Shown here: positions 62,789-64,000 of the stretch, piece by piece
How positions within the stretch are numbered: the first letter of the stretch is position 1
How the letters are laid out: each line of letters starts with the position of its first letter
NCBI GenBank assembly: GCA_000004985.1
Contig: GG738846.1
Direction: 5' to 3' (one strand)
Length of the DNA stretch: 64,000 nt
Source of the DNA: Naegleria gruberi
Lineage: Eukaryota
Notes under the pieces: generated by a model
What the model was told of the DNA's origin: nothing
Seen by the model: the letters and a program-made list of their open reading frames with translations, nothing else
Databases searched by the model: none
Made by a program: the position numbers and the translations under genes

Positions 62789-64000
62789 TTAAAGTAAGTC
62801 ATGGTTTGGAAGGATTCTCCTCATCAATTCGAAAACATTGGTATTGGAACGTATGGAAAAGAGTCTATACATAAAGTTTCTCACTTGTCTATCAGAAAGT
62901 GGATCTTCCACAGAGGAAATAAATTGTTGCAACAATAAATTTGCAAATTGTTTGTACTTGAACTCATTGATAACATTTCTCCTTCCCAGACTAGCTTGGT
63001 TTTCACATAAACTGGTGGTCACTGCAAAGAATTTGTGTAGGGGAGTCTTGTTGTAAATTGGTAGTAAATTATTAGATTCTGAATTCAACATGTCGAAATA
63101 TGATAATGTTGGTTCCTCATTTGAAGATTGGATCTTGATATTTACCATATCTTGAATTACTTTTTCTTGATTGTGAAAATTTTCAACAGTATTTAAATAA
63201 TGTTCCCTTGATTTCATGTAGTGGTACAAAATTTCTTTCGAATTGTCCTGTTTGGATAAAAGTGGTCTAAATATACCAAATATAATTCTTGGATCTCTAA
63301 TAAGCAGATCCAAAAAGTGATCAATTATTAGAGACCACTCATTATTCAAATAAATTTCACCAAAATATGTAATCCCATTGTTTTCCTCCTTAATAATTAA
63401 ATGCCTTACCGCTTTACAAACATGTTGGAACAGTTGAGATAAATCCTGAATACTCAATTGGTCAATTTCAAAACTTTCAATAATTGAAAAATTTAAACAA
63501 TCGTGCTCCTCTGAACAACCATGATACAAGTAGGTATTCAATCGATAGGGTTTTGAATTTTTAACGAGATCTAAAATACCCACTGCAGCAATCCTTTCAT
63601 TTCTCAGAATGGTGACATGTTGTAGATCATCATCAAATTTCACAATGTAACCAAATAGTTTTTCAATAATTTTGCAAATTCCAGTAATACCCTCCTCTGT
63701 GGAAATTTTGAAATTCTCAGAAATAGAATTACTTGCCAATTCTTGCATCTCCAAATTCCAATCCCAGAGTTGAGTTGGTGTTAATTGTAAATTAGCATTG
63801 GGGTCAATGAATTTTTCTTGTAAACTTTTGAGACTTTTCTCCAATTCTTCTAATTCCTTTTCTGGAGAAATCTTGTTATAGAGGTGGAAGAAACTATTTG
63901 AATGAGAAGCTTTCACAATTTCAATTTGTTTCTTTACAATTTCATCAGTAAAGTTTTGAGTTTGGGAAATGTACCTTCTCAGAGCTAGAAATCCAATCAT
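62789..64000 (-). CDS. Hypothetical protein, 3' portion only; the ORF runs off the window edge.
   Basis: Uninterrupted 403-codon minus-strand ORF ending at the TAA at 62789-62791. Its 5' end lies beyond position 64000. No recognisable domain. Confidence 0.4.
   Translation of the reverse strand: MIGFLALRRYISQTQNFTDEIVKKQIEIVKASHSNSFFHLYNKISPEKELEELEKSLKSLQEKFIDPNANLQLTPTQLWDWNLEMQELASNSISENFKISTEEGITGICKIIEKLFGYIVKFDDDLQHVTILRNERIAAVGILDLVKNSKPYRLNTYLYHGCSEEHDCLNFSIIESFEIDQLSIQDLSQLFQHVCKAVRHLIIKEENNGITYFGEIYLNNEWSLIIDHFLDLLIRDPRIIFGIFRPLLSKQDNSKEILYHYMKSREHYLNTVENFHNQEKVIQDMVNIKIQSSNEEPTLSYFDMLNSESNNLLPIYNKTPLHKFFAVTTSLCENQASLGRRNVINEFKYKQFANLLLQQFISSVEDPLSDRQVRNFMYRLFSIRSNTNVFELMRRILPNHDLL

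Noticed and set aside
1-64000. Interpretation as a prokaryotic or phage locus with operons and defence systems.
   Set aside because: Clear spliceosomal introns with GTAAGT donors, eukaryote-only proteins (TOP2, histone H3, SF3A2, Nup107, Gle1, IFT70) and A-run Kozak contexts are all present. There are no Shine-Dalgarno patterns, CRISPR repeats, tRNAs or rRNAs.
1-64000. A non-standard genetic code (TAA/TAG reassigned, as in many ciliates).
   Set aside because: ORFs of 1552, 1183 and 872 codons contain no internal TAA/TAG/TGA. Genes end at TAA/TAG exactly where homologues end. The single in-frame TAG at 545-547 is better explained by a GTTAGT donor.

Overview
This window is eukaryotic nuclear DNA, not a prokaryotic locus. 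It is AT-rich, uses the standard genetic code (a 1518-codon topoisomerase II gene and other long ORFs have no internal TAA/TAG/TGA) and is extremely gene-dense. I built about 31 protein-coding gene models on both strands. Intergenic spacers are mostly 40-300 bp. Introns are short spliceosomal ones (37-128 nt, usually GTAAGT/GTATGT...AG). Most start codons sit in an A-run (AAAAAAATG). The supplied ORF track mislabels TTG/GTG codons as 'M' and splits intron-containing genes; I re-joined these by hand. Products I recognise with reasonable confidence include DNA topoisomerase II, a centromeric histone H3 (CenH3), SF3A2, a Der/EngA double GTPase, bacterial-type ribosomal protein L13, a Cdc6/Orc1-like AAA+ protein, Nup107, Gle1, a DDX49/Dbp8-like helicase, a PDI, a Ctr copper transporter, a GPI ethanolamine-phosphate transferase, cytosolic 5'-nucleotidase II, a class III nucleotide cyclase, an LRR-DUSP phosphatase and a PPR protein. 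Cilium and centriole genes are also present: IFT70/TTC30, an AK9-like 1869-aa multi-adenylate-kinase protein, a HYLS1-box protein and an NHL+p25-alpha protein. The organism is therefore a flagellated or ciliated eukaryote. I found no rRNA, tRNA, CRISPR, transposon or prokaryote-style defence system. The most notable signals are listed below.
- A GC-rich palindromic element TTTGGCGCCAAA / TTTCCCGCCAAT (E2F-like, TTTSSCGC) occurs only in 5' intergenic regions and never in coding DNA.
- A 4-nt micro-exon in the 5'-nucleotidase gene restores the conserved DMDYT-IA motif.
- An in-frame TAG overlaps a GTTAGT splice donor in a secreted lysozyme-like gene.
- The Gle1 homologue appears membrane-anchored.
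- A 1.7-kb ORF-free island sits in otherwise saturated coding DNA.
- Compaction is extreme: abutting convergent stop codons, and a start codon 26 bp after the neighbour's stop.
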